Below are positions 9,775-22,124 of a stretch of 64,000 nucleotides of DNA, in pieces. Positions within the stretch are counted from its first letter, which is position 1. Every line of letters starts with the position of its first letter. The notes below the pieces were generated by a model. The model was not told where the DNA came from. It saw only the letters and a list, made by a program, of their open reading frames with translations, and did not search any database. This DNA is from Tubulanus polymorphus (taxonomy: Eukaryota > Animalia > Nemertea), in the NCBI RefSeq assembly GCF_964204645.1, contig NC_134025.1:16405101-16469100 (forward strand). The letters are read 5' to 3'. Both the position numbers and the translations under genes were made by a program.

Positions 9775-10198
9775 TTATTTAAAGAAAAAAAATTAAGAGT
9801 AATTTGAAATATCTTATTTTGAATATGAATACTTAGAGTTGAATTATAATTTTTGAGTAATGATATTTTGATTTAAGATGATGTGATTTATTGCTTCGAG
9901 TATAATATTTTCCACAATTACATAACACTTTTTCATTAGGTTCATATTTAGGTGTATCAATTTTATTGTCTTAGTTACATTGAATCCCAACATCTTTGAA
10001 TGATTTTTCATTTGGAATGTCGGGGATGAATCTCTTTTCTTGTAATCTGAAAAACATAACATAGCATTCTCTGAATGGGCAATACCGTAAGTGTAAAAAT
10101 AATGTTTTATGAATTAATAATGTACTTTCATCATTAAAAAGTGATTGCATTTCATCTGTAATTATTAAATATTTAACTATTCCATCAAATGTTGTGAA

Positions 10199-10429
10199 TT
10201 ATGGAATTATTGGATTGAATAAGATTTTATCTTTATCATTCGATAACTCTATTATTAGATAATGATTTTTAAACACTAATTCAGTAATATTTTTCACTTG
10301 AAAACGAAGACGCGCAGTTTTGATCAAGTCTTTAATAGGAATGAAATTTTTAATTGTGAAATATTTTTCTAATTCATTTAAATCGATATCTTTGAACTGT
10401 AGTATCTGTTCATTCATATTTATAAGCAA
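10199..10429 (-). CDS. Hypothetical small protein of element B
   Basis: ORF only, co-oriented with neighbours. Confidence 0.35.
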   Translation of the reverse strand: MLINMNEQILQFKDIDLNELEKYFTIKNFIPIKDLIKTARLRFQVKNITELVFKNHYLIIELSNDKDKILFNPIIP

Positions 10430-10869
10430 TTTTTTTATTAAAATTTATATTTTCATCAACTCGTTAATTACTCGTTACTTTTAAAGATAAAATAAGAATT
10501 AACGCATATAAATATAAATATTCACTGTTTTAAATATAAATTATTTCACTCGTTAATTACTCGTTACTTTTATACTGAAAATAAGAATTTAACACATATA
10601 AATATAAATATTCAATGATTTAAATATGAATTATTTCACTCACACTTTACTCACACTTTTTATGTTTAAAAATTGATTTTAATTCTAACAAATCGTTAAT
10701 TACTCGTTACTTTTTCTCACACATTTAATTTTTGCACTTTACTCACACTTTGCTCACACTTTTAATATTGAAAATTGATTTTTTATTATTCGAAATCTAT
10801 ATTTGAACTTATTTTCTAGATTATTATGCTAACACTTTACTCACACTTTTTAAATATGAATATTTTAAG

Positions 10870-11021
10870 AGTAATAGGGAATAAGTTGTTCTAGATTAAA
10901 GGTTGAGAGGGCGAGTGAGTAGAAAATGAAAAATAAATTCGAGTGTGCGATAATTTATTTTTCATTTTCTACTCACTCGACCTTTCGACCTTTGATCTAG
11001 AACAACTTATTCCCTATTACT
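10870..11021. repeat. Terminal hairpin of element B (70-nt arms, 12-nt loop)
   Basis: 10870-10939 is the reverse complement of 10952-11021 with 4 mismatches. Confidence 0.95.
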
Positions 11022-13037
11022 ATCATCTCCATCACCATCCCCTCCATCATCTTCAAATCTTCCATTGTTATTTCCACCATCGTATTCGGTATGATTTCCT
11101 GCACCTTCAACTCTATTTTCGATGATACCACATTCCACGCTAATCTATGTAAATAAGCATGATTTATAAAGCAATAACTTATTACTATACGTAACATTTA
11201 GCCAGATAAAAAGGATATTTCTGGGCGAGTTGGTAAGTAAATTTATTTCAAGGTCATTAATGAGGTAGTAAACGGTTTTGCTAAATTTCATTATTGTTAT
11301 TTGAGTCCCAGCCATTAGGACTTGCCTTTAATTCTTTTGTACTTTCGTTAGTTAGAACATCTTCAAATTTTCTCTTGTGCCTTTTCCGGGTTCTGCGGCA
11401 CACCATATTGCCATGACATTTTGCACAAAAGCAGATCATCTTTGACATTGCAACTGAAACAATATACAATCTTAAAACTAGAATATATTGAATATTCTTG
11501 AATGGGCTTTCGGTTGATCGCATCTACCCCGTACGTAGTTCCTTTTCGTGGGTTGAAATATTTTTTTGTTTGCATTTTAAGATGGATTGGAACAAAACAA
11601 AATGATTTGAAATTCGTTTTTTATTTGATTATTTACCACTTTGATGAAAACCTCGATGGGCTGCAGAAAAAAATAAAAAAGAACTGAAAATTGTATCTTG
11701 AACAGTTAATTGCGTGAGTTATCGGATAGATGGCGTATGGGGTAGAGACGCTCTGGGAAAGATGAGGCTTTTCAAAGTCGATGCAGCTGGTTTTTTCTAT
11801 GTGAGCCAGATAAACAAATACCTAGTTTCTCAAGAAAGTCAAATGCTGCCCGCGTCATTAAGAGTGCCCAATAAAAATTGAAAAGTAAATTGTGCCCTCA
11901 TCGCCAAAGCATCTATCGTGTTTTTTATCACAAACGGCGCTCGTCCGCATCTGTAAATTGTAACACAGTCGTTTTTTTTCTACAGGCTATGCGTCTATTA
12001 TGTCAACACGCCGAACTGGTCGTTGAGTTGTTAAGTCAAGGAAAATGATTGTGGCCGGATGATCGCCTCCGTTTCGATGTCGTAATAAGACGATATCGTT
12101 TAATTTCATTTCATAAGTTTAGCGTTAATAAGCTTTTGGCATATGTTCTTGTAAGTATTTGTCTTTGAGGCACCGTCTTTGGCATTGGTCTGGAATGGCG
12201 AGCGGAAATTAATGATTGAGAAACTTTGGAAAAGTGTTTGGTTGTTACCAGTAGAAGTCAAATAATACTTTTAGTCTGCCTGCTGGTGCTGGTAAGTCAT
12301 TGAATAGCCACCGGGCAGTTCTAAAATCTTGAAATCTTTTTAAATAAATATTACAGATAGGATAAGTTGTGGTTTATTTGTTCAATTCGTGGATTTGATG
12401 TCACATGGCATTTTAAGGATCTCGAGCCTCCACTTACCGTGGGTGGTGATTCGAGTTGGTTCTTTAGGCTAAAAAATTGATACCTTGTTTCTCCGCTCTG
12501 CTGAGATTAAAACCTGGCCGTGCTGGCCGCCTATCTACCCTATACATATTTTTAAATCGTGTTCAATTTTACCTTAACAGAACTGTTTAATTATAAAATA
12601 GGCCTATCATATTTTACAAAAATGTCCCGGCCCCTGCGAAGAAACGAGGTATTGTTTGTGTTTAGCCTTAGACGTTTTGTTAGAAATAAGAATAACACAA
12701 ATCAACTGAAAATTTCATTTTAATTTAATTTAGAACTTTATTTGACACGTGGACCTATTGAACATCGTACATTTTCAGTAATACCTGGAACTATTTTCAT
12801 AAGAATCTTTTAGTGTTCTGTTGGTGCCATCTGTAATTCAGTTTAGAAATTATATTATCTTATAATTCGCATATCTTCATGAAAAGCGCCCGCGAGTACG
12901 TCATCGTTATTTTGTTTAATGTCATTTTTGTTTGTATGACATGCACAAATCGTGCTTTTGGTTGATCGCATCTACCGTCGGTACCTCTTTCGTATGTGCC
13001 GCTCACCCTGTACACACCGAGCAGAATGGTCGTAGTG
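11022..13037 (-). mobile_element. 5' part of CACTA/EnSpm-like DNA transposon, interrupted by element B
   Basis: Minus strand starts CACTACGACC at 13037; GGTTGATCGCATCTACC repeated at about 11512 and 12960; spliced ORF MSKMICFCAKC...TRKRH (11448-11326, GC donor) joined in phase 0 to an acidic exon 11144-11022 that is open up to the B junction. Confidence 0.5.
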
Positions 13038-13094
13038 CTGTAAATAAAACAATGATAGAAAAGAACGTAACTTATTTTCTACATTCTTCGGTCA

Positions 13095-14488
13095 CTAATT
13101 AATAACGAAAATATTTGTACCTGGCAGGTCATTAAATACTTCGATCAACGTAAATTTCGTAAATGATAAAAACCTACTATCTGCATGGAAATATGTGATA
13201 ACACTCTCCGAACCAATCAAACATGACATAAAAACCAATGTATTATGCAATAACCCTTCAATAACTTTTAACGGCAAAACTTTAAACTACCCAGAGTATT
13301 CGGAAATAGGACTGACAAGTGTAAAAAATGTATTCGATGAACACGGAAATTACTTGGAATTTGAAAATTTAACCCCAATCCTCGACAATGCTGAAAAACA
13401 TAAACAGATATATGCGGCGATTCCCAGAGAATGGCGTATAATCCTTGGCGACAAAGCCTTAGCTGACACAAAAAATCGGCTTTTACGGTAAAATTACAAA
13501 ATAAACAAAGACTTTTCATTCATTTAACAATGGGGCAGATATATAGCTTAATTATACATAAGCAATTTGGCCATATTGCTCCGATAGGATAAAGGAAAGT
13601 CGAAGATTTCCTCAACGAAAATGATATCAACTGGGCCCAAATTTGGGGAGATACCTATCACCCGATCATTGACAAAAAGTTGGGAGACATGCAATGGCGA
13701 TTCCTACATGATTCTTTAGCCACAGCGGACAAACTCGTAACATGGCAAGTTTCAAATGACCCAAACTGTAAGGTATGTGGTCGAGCGGCAACGAATAGAC
13801 ATGTGTTAATTGAATGCCCGGCTGCAGCCGAACTTTTCTCACGATTCCAAACTATAATTGACCAAATAGCAGAACAGCCAACTAACTTGAATAAACATGT
13901 AATCTATTTCGGCTTGCCTAGACAAATACTTAGGAATTCAAAAAATAGACTTATATGTAATTATGTCATATCAGTTCTGAAATGGGCGCTGTACAAAAAT
14001 CACCGTAAAGCATGTGACGGAGAACAACAAATAGATCTAAAAAGCAATGCTAGGAATTATATTGTAAATAGATTAAAACAAGAGATTACCCACAAAAGAA
14101 ACATACATTTGTGGACCCAAAATGTATCCCTAATCAAAATAAGTGGAATGGATTTGGTAATAGATGGAACACTACTCGATACAATTTATGATATACTGTA
14201 AGCTTCGTATACTCCCTGCGACTACTATCTGTCTTTTTTTGTGCGGGGTTTCGAAATGCAATATCATGTATAGTATGTTTGTGGGTGGGCCGACGTAAAT
14301 AATGTATTATTGACATGATATGTATATTTGTATATTTTTATAGAGATTTGTTAATTATGTAAATATGTATATATTGAAGAAAGTTTAAACTTTTAGATAC
14401 CAATGTGTAGTATGTAAATAGGATTCTGTACCATTGATTGTATATAATACTCCGAACTTAGAAAAAAAAACCGAATCAAAAAAAAAAT
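13095..14488 (+). mobile_element. 5'-truncated non-LTR retrotransposon (L1/Tx1-like ORF2 C-terminus, zf-RVT)
   Basis: DMQWRFLHDSLAT...CKVCG...RHVLIECP; frameshifted upstream part; AT-rich 3' UTR and A-rich tail at 14462-14487. Confidence 0.8.
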
Positions 14489-14814
14489 TAATTAATTAGA
14501 AAAAATTAATTAGAAAATAATTTTAAAAACATGAAAATTTTTTTATATCATATTAAGAAAGAGTAGGAAAACATAAATCGAAATGAGACAACAGTGAACT
14601 AAGAACTTTCCCTCTCGGCCGTAAGGTGTTTTTACACCTAATACACGGAGCTTGAGGTAATTTTCTTTTTCGACCTGCAATCTCTCGCTACAATCATGTA
14701 ACAACTATTCAGTCCCCCACCTGACTCCAGTGGGTGCGATGTAGATGTAATGGAGCTTTCCACTAGCAAATAAAGTAAGATATATATTTAAAAAAAAACT
14801 AAATAAATAACGAT

Positions 14815-15620
14815 TCTTTAAATACAACAATAAACTTAGTAACATATTGATTAATAACAAACCGAAAACCGAATCCCTTAACTGTGGAATTTATAAAATA
14901 CCTTTGCGACAAAGTTTGTATTGGAGAAACAGGTCGGAACCTTAACCAACGCCTAAAAGAGCATAAGTTAGATGTAAAAAAACTTTAAACATGAAAGCAG
15001 AGTTGCTAGGACTTCAGACTTCGCACAATTTTCGCTAATGCTGAATTAATTTACCCTTGCAGCGATAAAACTAAAAGACATATTTTGGAATCTGCATTCA
15101 TAATTGAAAATTCGAACAACGTTGTAAACCTTAACAAACCTTTTTCACCCCATAATAAACTTATATCAAAATTCCTCTGTAAACTGGTTAAACTCAACAC
15201 TTGATTTCCCCTTCGATTATTTGTTATTTGTTCTCTCATCAATTTTAGTCTCTCAACTTGTATTCACCATTGTTTTAATTTAAGTGCCCCTAGTTTGTCT
15301 CTTTACAACTGATTTTAAGTTTCAATTTATATTTATACTCACTATTGTTGTTTATAATTACCCCTTGGTTTGCTTCCCTTTAATCTATTTTAGCGTGTAA
15401 CTGTTTCTACGTTAATTTTCCTTCAGTTTGTATCATCTCTGATTACTTGAATTAGTCTCTTTGTCTCTGGATTGTATATATATCTCATAATTTTTGTAGT
15501 ATCTCATTATTCCTGAAGATGACTATTAGGATATAGTCGAAACGTTGAAATAAACTACTATCTCGAAGTTACATTCTCGGACTTTTATTATCATTGTGGG
15601 ATTCTCTCTTCAACCGCTCA
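14815..15620 (+). mobile_element. Penelope-like element 3' fragment (GIY-YIG endonuclease + pLTR)
   Basis: Frameshifted CGIYKIP-CDKVCIGETGRNLNQRLKEHK and R.ILESA.I; hammerhead motif downstream. Confidence 0.8.
15507..15553 (+). ncRNA. Minimal type I hammerhead ribozyme motif (Penelope-associated)
   Basis: CTGAAGA-T, stem GACTAT/ATAGTC, GAAA, palindromic AACGTT helix III, flanking TTATTC/GAAATAA helix I. Confidence 0.7.
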
Positions 15621-16006
15621 TTTACCGCAAGGGCCAATAGTGTGTCTCTAACTGAAGGTAGAGGCCGGCAACCAGTCTAATCTGTAAATGAAGGTAGAGA
15701 CCGACAACCAGTCTACCAAATGACGTCATTGGAAATTCCTTTGCGGAAGAGAGTTTACTCTCTCTGAAACATCCTCGAGCTAGTTGATTACATAGGGCCT
15801 ACACAGTGAATGAATGTATTCGTTATGTCCAAGATACTCTTAGACATGTTAGATGCCTAGGATTAACTATGTGCGCACACCAGATAGGTAACAATACCGG
15901 TAGTAGAATATCTGATTTCCGACAGGCCTGAATGGGCGCTATTCTATTGCACCCTCCAAAAAATTTCTATTTCTACGGCATGCCCCATAGATTAGATAGG
16001 GCAGGC

Positions 16007-16510
16007 CACTACTACAGGGGTTTGGCGATGGGCATGGATTTTATTTCCGGGTTGTTGATAATCATGCGAGAATGGCGCTAAATATGGACTGCGAATAAAT
16101 TCAAAATATCACGGAAATACCTTGTGTTTATATTGTTTATTTATCCGCGATAAAGTTCCGATAAACAATTGGTCGTTTTTTCGTATCATAGTTTCCGTCT
16201 TAGATGCTTCGGGTTTGCATTCAGTCAAATAAGAAGCGTTAAGTCACGTGACTGTCCCAACTTTCTGGCTGGCACGACTTGAACTGCGTTTCATCCCTTG
16301 TTATTTTATATAGTAAAGCGTGACGACTGTCTGATAATGATTCTTAACGACCAATTGTTTATCAGAACTTTATAGCGGATAAATAAACAATATAAACACA
16401 AGGTATTTCCGTGATATTTTGAATTTATTCGCAGTTCATATTTAGCGCCATTCTCGCGAGATTATCAACAACCCGGAAATAAAATCCAAGCCCATCGCCA
16501 AACCCCTGTG
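16007..16510. mobile_element. MITE with ~200-bp inverted arms and 8-bp TSD (hAT/P-like)
   Basis: ACAGGGGTTTGGCGATGGGC...GCCCATCGCCAAACCCCTGT; GGGCAGGC at 15999-16006 and 16511-16518. Confidence 0.8.
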
Positions 16511-16923
16511 GGGCAGGCCTATTTTTAGTCAGTAACCTGACTGTGGTTCAGTTTCACGATCATCTTCACCCGTCAAGGGATTCAAACCCACTACGCTAAA
16601 GCTGTTCCCCGAACCCCTTGACCTCACGAGTCGTTGGAGTCGTTACTAGCCGACCAGAATGCGGTCGTACCAATCACAGCGCTTGTAACAAACAGCAGTA
16701 GACTTCTGTTGGTTTTCCCATTAAATTGACCAATCAGCGAACGTTTTACCGAACAAGGAAGTATTTCGAAAGTCGATATAGGCCTATGACGTCATGCGCA
16801 ACAGCGCCAGTAATGAAATCACGCTTCGTGAGGCCAGGGGGCTGGTGGAAGCGGGTTCGGGAGTGATACTGGATCCCTGGCAAGCGAGGATGTTTCATGA
16901 TCGGTTAGGCCTATTTTCACAAA

Positions 16924-18953
16924 CGCTATGGCTACTCGTACGGACCTGTACGGATTACTCTGGAGGCTATTCATACGGACCTGTATGGATTACTCTGGAG
17001 GCTATTCGTACGGACCTGTACGGATTACTCTGAGTCTGGAGGCTATTTGTACAGAACTACTGTCTGTCACACCTGCTTGCTCTCCGTGCGACAATTTGTT
17101 CCATCATTTCGTTAATAAACAGTTTATCTACCTTTATTACACATCAATTTGTTCAGTGAGGACTTTACATTCAGAAATAATCAATAATTTTTACTAAAGT
17201 TGTTTTTGTTATCATTTATGGGCGATAGTTTACTCAGCATACGCTCGCGTAATGCTGAAAAATCTGCTCCGCGGACGCTCGGAAGCGTTATAGTGACGTC
17301 ATCACCTGCTCATTATCATATCAAAATACAGTAGGTGGTGCCACGTGATGGGCCATAAAAGCCGTTTTTCAGCATTACGCGAGCGTATGCTAGGTAAACT
17401 ATCGCTAATAGATGAAAATACAAACAAACCTATGCCACTTCATGATTTATTTCTGAATGCAACTTCCTTACTGCACAAATTGATGCATAATATCTATAGA
17501 TAAACCGATTAGGCTATTAACGAAATTACGGACCAAAACGTCGCACGGAGAGCAGATGTGACAGACAGTATGCGTACAGAGGTGTGCAACTTAGAAAATT
17601 CAAGGAAAGTCTGGAGAATAGAGTTAGAGAAAAATAGAGCAGATCGAGCTAGACTCGAACCCGGGCCAGTAAATTGTTAGCGCAGCATCATACCACAGTG
17701 CTTCATCTAGCCAAAAATAGAGGGGCGGTCTGTCCCGCCCCCGAAAATAGCCGCCCTTGTGCCCTTATGATGTGTCCCATGCTCGTCCTTGTGCCCTCAT
17801 CACTTGCCGTAGGTCCGCCCTCCTGCCATTGTCAGTCACGAGTAATGAGTCAGGGCTTTCAAAATAAGCTGTCGCATCCCACTGTTAGTAAGTTTCCAGC
17901 GACGGCAATGAAATGTCTCGTATGATATCAACGATAGTAGCTCATGTGATCAGTGGTTATATTCAAATGTGCTGCAGTCAATGTGCATCGTGTGAAACCG
18001 TGCCTCAGACGCGTGGCCTAGTTTAAGTTTCCAGGAAATTGGCTCACTTCCTAACTACTGCCAATCATTCTAGCGACTGCCGTTGTAAAGCTGGTAGTGT
18101 ATATTCGATGGATTGTTTCGTTTCAAACACATCGTGATGCTCTGGATCTTTTTATCTAGACTATTAGACAAAGTTTATATATACAAGGTGAAAAACTTTG
18201 TTCGGTGAACTCACAGAGAGACTCGCAGAGACAATTAGTTTGAGTAGCCTAATAGCAATAATGTGTTCTTAAGCTGGCTGCTTACCAATTATCAACAGTT
18301 TCTTGCCAATCACTAACACTATCAATTTAAATCAATTATTTTGATATTTCTAAGATTAAAAATATGCAATTTCATGTAGGCCTATAGGCCTACACTATTG
18401 CTGGCTTTTTTTCGCTGTATCATTTGCTTTTTGAGATTGCTTTTTTCTGCTATTTTTTTGTCTGCAACTGGTTTTCCAAATCATTTTGAGTGCCCTTTCT
18501 ATCATATTATTGATTAACTTTTGTTCATTGACAGGCATAGGTGTGAGGATGTACTGTGGTCAAGTGTGTCACTCATGGCAAAATCAGACTTAAACATAGT
18601 TTCTAGTCCTCATTCGGAGTAGGGGGTACCTCGATTCTATGCATTAGAGAACATTGCAGTTTGCCCCTAAAACAGACGTGAGTGCGTTATGTGCCCTTGC
18701 TCCGATGGAATCACGCACAAAAATGCCCTTATTTGAAATCAGCACCCTGCCCTTTTTTAATGCTAGATGAAGCACTGTACCACTAGACCACCGAGCTTGC
18801 TGACAGTGGGCCGAATGTTTTAACTACATATAGCCTCACCTAACCCTAACCCTATCCCTTCCCGTACGAACCAGAGTAATCCTTGCGGGTGTGAATACCG
18901 GTACGAATAGCCTACGGAATTATTCGTACGGGTCCGTACGAGGAGCCACTTCG
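16924..18953. mobile_element. Composite non-autonomous DNA transposon with 9-bp TSD (Mutator-like)
   Basis: TTTCACAAA at 16915-16923 and 18954-18962; imperfect TIR CG...TGGCT.CTCGTACGGACC; 36-bp subterminal tandem repeats; internal inverted repeat at about 17058-17570 and a tRNA-like cassette. Confidence 0.7.
17696..18777. mobile_element. Non-autonomous element with 16-bp TIR and 5-bp TSD (hAT5-like)
   Basis: CAGTGCTTCATCTAGC...GCTAGATGAAGCACTG; TACCA duplicated (17691-17695, 18778-18782); splits a tRNA-like sequence. Confidence 0.88.
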
Positions 18954-19118
18954 TTTCACAAACCACAGTCAGGAAAGGGAAGGTTATTTTTTCAATGAAA
19001 TTTTCGTCAGCCAATTTGACTGACGAGTAATTTGCCTGGCATTTTCTGGTCTTTTAAGATATCCGTCTAATTTTTGTTGTTTTCGACGCACAACAGATTC
19101 GTAGTTTGTCTGATACCT

Positions 19119-20252
19119 TAGTTAGTTACCTAGTCATTGGTGGTAAGCTTTTTATAATTGGATGGGCTTATACCAACGTAAGTGATGACAAGGGCCAAAC
19201 CTTGTCATCCATAACGTTGGTATAAGCCCATTCACACTTCAAAAATATACTTTCTATTGACTTCAGTCCACAATTAATGGCTTAATTCACAAACTGACCA
19301 GTCAGGAACACACCAAAAACGGCTTATTCTGCCGTCATCGGCGTTTTGCGCCAATAACGGCAGAATCAGCCGTTTATGGATCACTCGAATGGCTGTTATC
19401 AGCGTAGTCAGTAACCTGACTGTGGTTTAGTTTCACGATCGGATATTTTCACAAACCACAGTCAGGAATGGGAAGGTCATTTTTGTATGAAATCTTCGTC
19501 AGCCAATTTGACTGACGAGTAATTTGCCTGGCATTTCATTGTCTCTTAAGATATCTGTCCCATTTTTGTTGTAATCGACGCACAACAGATTTGTAGTTTG
19601 TCTGATACCTATAACACCTCACCTGACGATCTTAATCCATGTGCAAATCGGCCGTAAAGTGAGAGTAAATTTCCGTCCGGTCAACAGCTGCCATTTTGAA
19701 AATTACTGGAGGTGCTGGCACCTGTGGACTGAGGCCAGGACAACAGCACAAACTAACAAAGCGAAACGACGAAATTTAAAAAAATTAAAAAATCAACACT
19801 TATTCACATTTTTCTTTTACCAGAAATTTATTATTTCATTATTTATTATGGAAAACACGAAGACTTGAAATAAAAGTTGGAAAACCATCAAAAATAAAAA
19901 TTGTCGTTTCGTCTTGGAAGTTTTATATAAATCCTTGTAGGTCCCCTTGTCTTATCATGCCACATGTGCAATACAGAGAAATGGCAGCCAATGGCGAAAT
20001 TTGTGGAGAAATTAATTAATTTCTCAAAATAATGTTGATTAATCACTCGAAACATACATAAAATTGGATTATTTCGAAAGGTACCTGTGTTAGTTTGTGA
20101 ATTAAGCCATTAATTGTGGACTGAAGTGAATAGAAAGTATATTTTTGAAGTGTTTCTTTTTTCAACCGTGTTTTGGTCCTTGTCATCCCTAACGTTGGTA
20201 TAAGCCCATCCGATTATAAAAAGCTTACCACCAACGATTAGGTAACTAACTA
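19119..20252. mobile_element. Foldback/MITE-like element with long imperfect TIRs
   Basis: TAGTTAGTTACCTAGTC.TTGGTGGTAAGCTTTTTATAAT... mirrored at 20170-20252; internal mosaic of other repeats. Confidence 0.6.
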
Positions 20253-22047
20253 TTATCAGCGGGGCCTTTGATCTTATAGCTGGTGCGCCATCCTACTAGT
20301 TTATACGTCCATGGTCTAATAAAGCATAGAAGGGTTGAGGGATATATTAGCAGACTGGACTGCTTAGGCCTATGGTGTTGGTAAATTGAAGCTAATCAAC
20401 ATCTTCAATGCCTCTCAGCTAATTGGACTTGTGATGGATAGTGATTGAATGAATTGGTGGCCCATGACGTTACAACACTCAAAATCAATACAGGGTGGAA
20501 ACTCCTATACAGACACTTCGATTTAAAACTGCTGAAACTCCTAAAATATCCAAACGATTTCGATGAAATCTGTTTTAAATTGTTCAAAACATCCTATATT
20601 TTCTAAATATGTCTACTTGGAGGCCCTTTGATGACGTTTCACCACTCAAAATTGCGATTAAACGCATCGGAGACCCCCAAAATATCCTGTAGGCCTACTA
20701 CGATTGCTATGGCAGCAAAAATCCTCTTCCTTTCAACTTCAAGTGAAGAGCTCGTGGTGATTTCAGCGTCTAAATCCAACAAAGGATACATCAATCGAAG
20801 CACAACATCTTATATTTTTTTCATAACCAGAATTTATTCATCAAATGAACGTATTCTGAGCTTGGGAGAGCAAAATTTGCAGAAAAACGCAAGCTTATCG
20901 GTAAGATACAAATGCAAATTCAAATTCAATTTTATTGGGGACGCACTGAAAGGGTTAAAAACTGTAACAGCTGAAAACGGCGGAAATGGCGTTTAAGAAC
21001 AAGCCAAAAATGGCAGAAAACGTCGATTTCGGCTAAATATGCAGAGGCAGTTTAAAACAGAGTGATCCATAAACGGCTGATTCGGCTGTTATTGGCGGAA
21101 AACGCTGAAATTGGCAGAATAAGCCATTTTTGGAAAGTGTTCCTGATTGCTAACACAGGTACCTTTTGAAATAATCCATTTTTAAGTATGTTTCAAGCGA
21201 TTAATCAACATTATTTTGAGAAATTAATTAATTTCTCCACAAATTCGGCCATTGGCCGACATTTCTCTGTATTGCGTACATGTGGTATGATAGACAAGGT
21301 GACATACAAGGATTTATATAAAACTTCCAAAACAAAAGGACAATTTTTATTTTTGATAGTGTTCCAACATATATTTCAAATCTTCTTTTTTTCCTAGTCT
21401 AGTACCTAGCTGTCATTCCACAAACAATGTCTAGGGCAAAAGTGCTCATATAACGTTAATTTTCATCCCTCATTTTGAGGGACAAGGCTTTGAACGTCTA
21501 TTTCAACCCTTAAAACACCATCAACTTACCTCAAACTGACTGTTCTGTAATCAGATGGAAGTTAACTATTGTTTGTGCATAAATTTGTAATCCTCAGTAG
21601 CTTTTGACGATCGTAGTAACTCAAAACTTTTGACTAGTCATCTCAAAAAACAGTTGAAGTGAAGCAACATTACAAATATGGTGGCTTCTCGTGTTGCATG
21701 ATGGGAGTGTAAATTACAGATTCGGACATGAACTTAGGCTGACATTGATGCCAATGCAGTTATTCTTGTTTCAAATTCTTATGGTAAAATAGACCAAAAT
21801 TTATGCGTTTTATCAACGAAAAATAACATTTAGAGTAATTTTAGAGAGACATTTTGAATTTTCACATTTTCTCTCACTGTTCTCCATACTTACTTTAAAT
21901 TTTCTAAGTCGCGCACCTAAGTGCATGCACGACATAAATCTGCCATTCAGCAACGATGTACGGTAGGGTTCCGTTTCACAACTAGGGATAGGGTTAGGGT
22001 AAGGTGGGGCTATAGGCCTATGTAGTTAAAACATTCAGTTGGTTTTC

Positions 22048-22124
22048 AGCGAGCTCAATGGTCTAGTGGTATGATGCTGCGCTAGCAATTTACTGGCCGG
22101 GGTTCGAGTCTCGCTCTATCCGCT
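22048..22124 (+). other. tRNA-derived (Pol III A/B box) sequence within a repeat; second copy on minus strand at about 17637-18805, split by an insertion
   Basis: A box TGGTCTAGTGG, B box GGTTCGAGTC; anticodon arm does not pair well, so SINE-like or pseudo-tRNA. Confidence 0.65.

Larger units (their letters stand above)
8270..11021 (-). mobile_element. Right part of related Polinton-like element B
   Basis: AT-rich; small minus-strand ORFs; subterminal ACTCACACTTT and ACTCGTTAATTACTCGTTAC repeats (10460-10850); same type of hairpin terminus ending CCCTATTACT at 11021. No hallmark gene in the visible part. Confidence 0.65.

Noticed and set aside
18836-18860. Interstitial telomere (CCTAAC repeats; also about 21985-22005)
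   Set aside because: Only two to three degenerate units, part of a TE module.
22048-22124. Functional tRNA gene
   Set aside because: Anticodon and acceptor stems pair poorly; embedded in a dispersed repeat.
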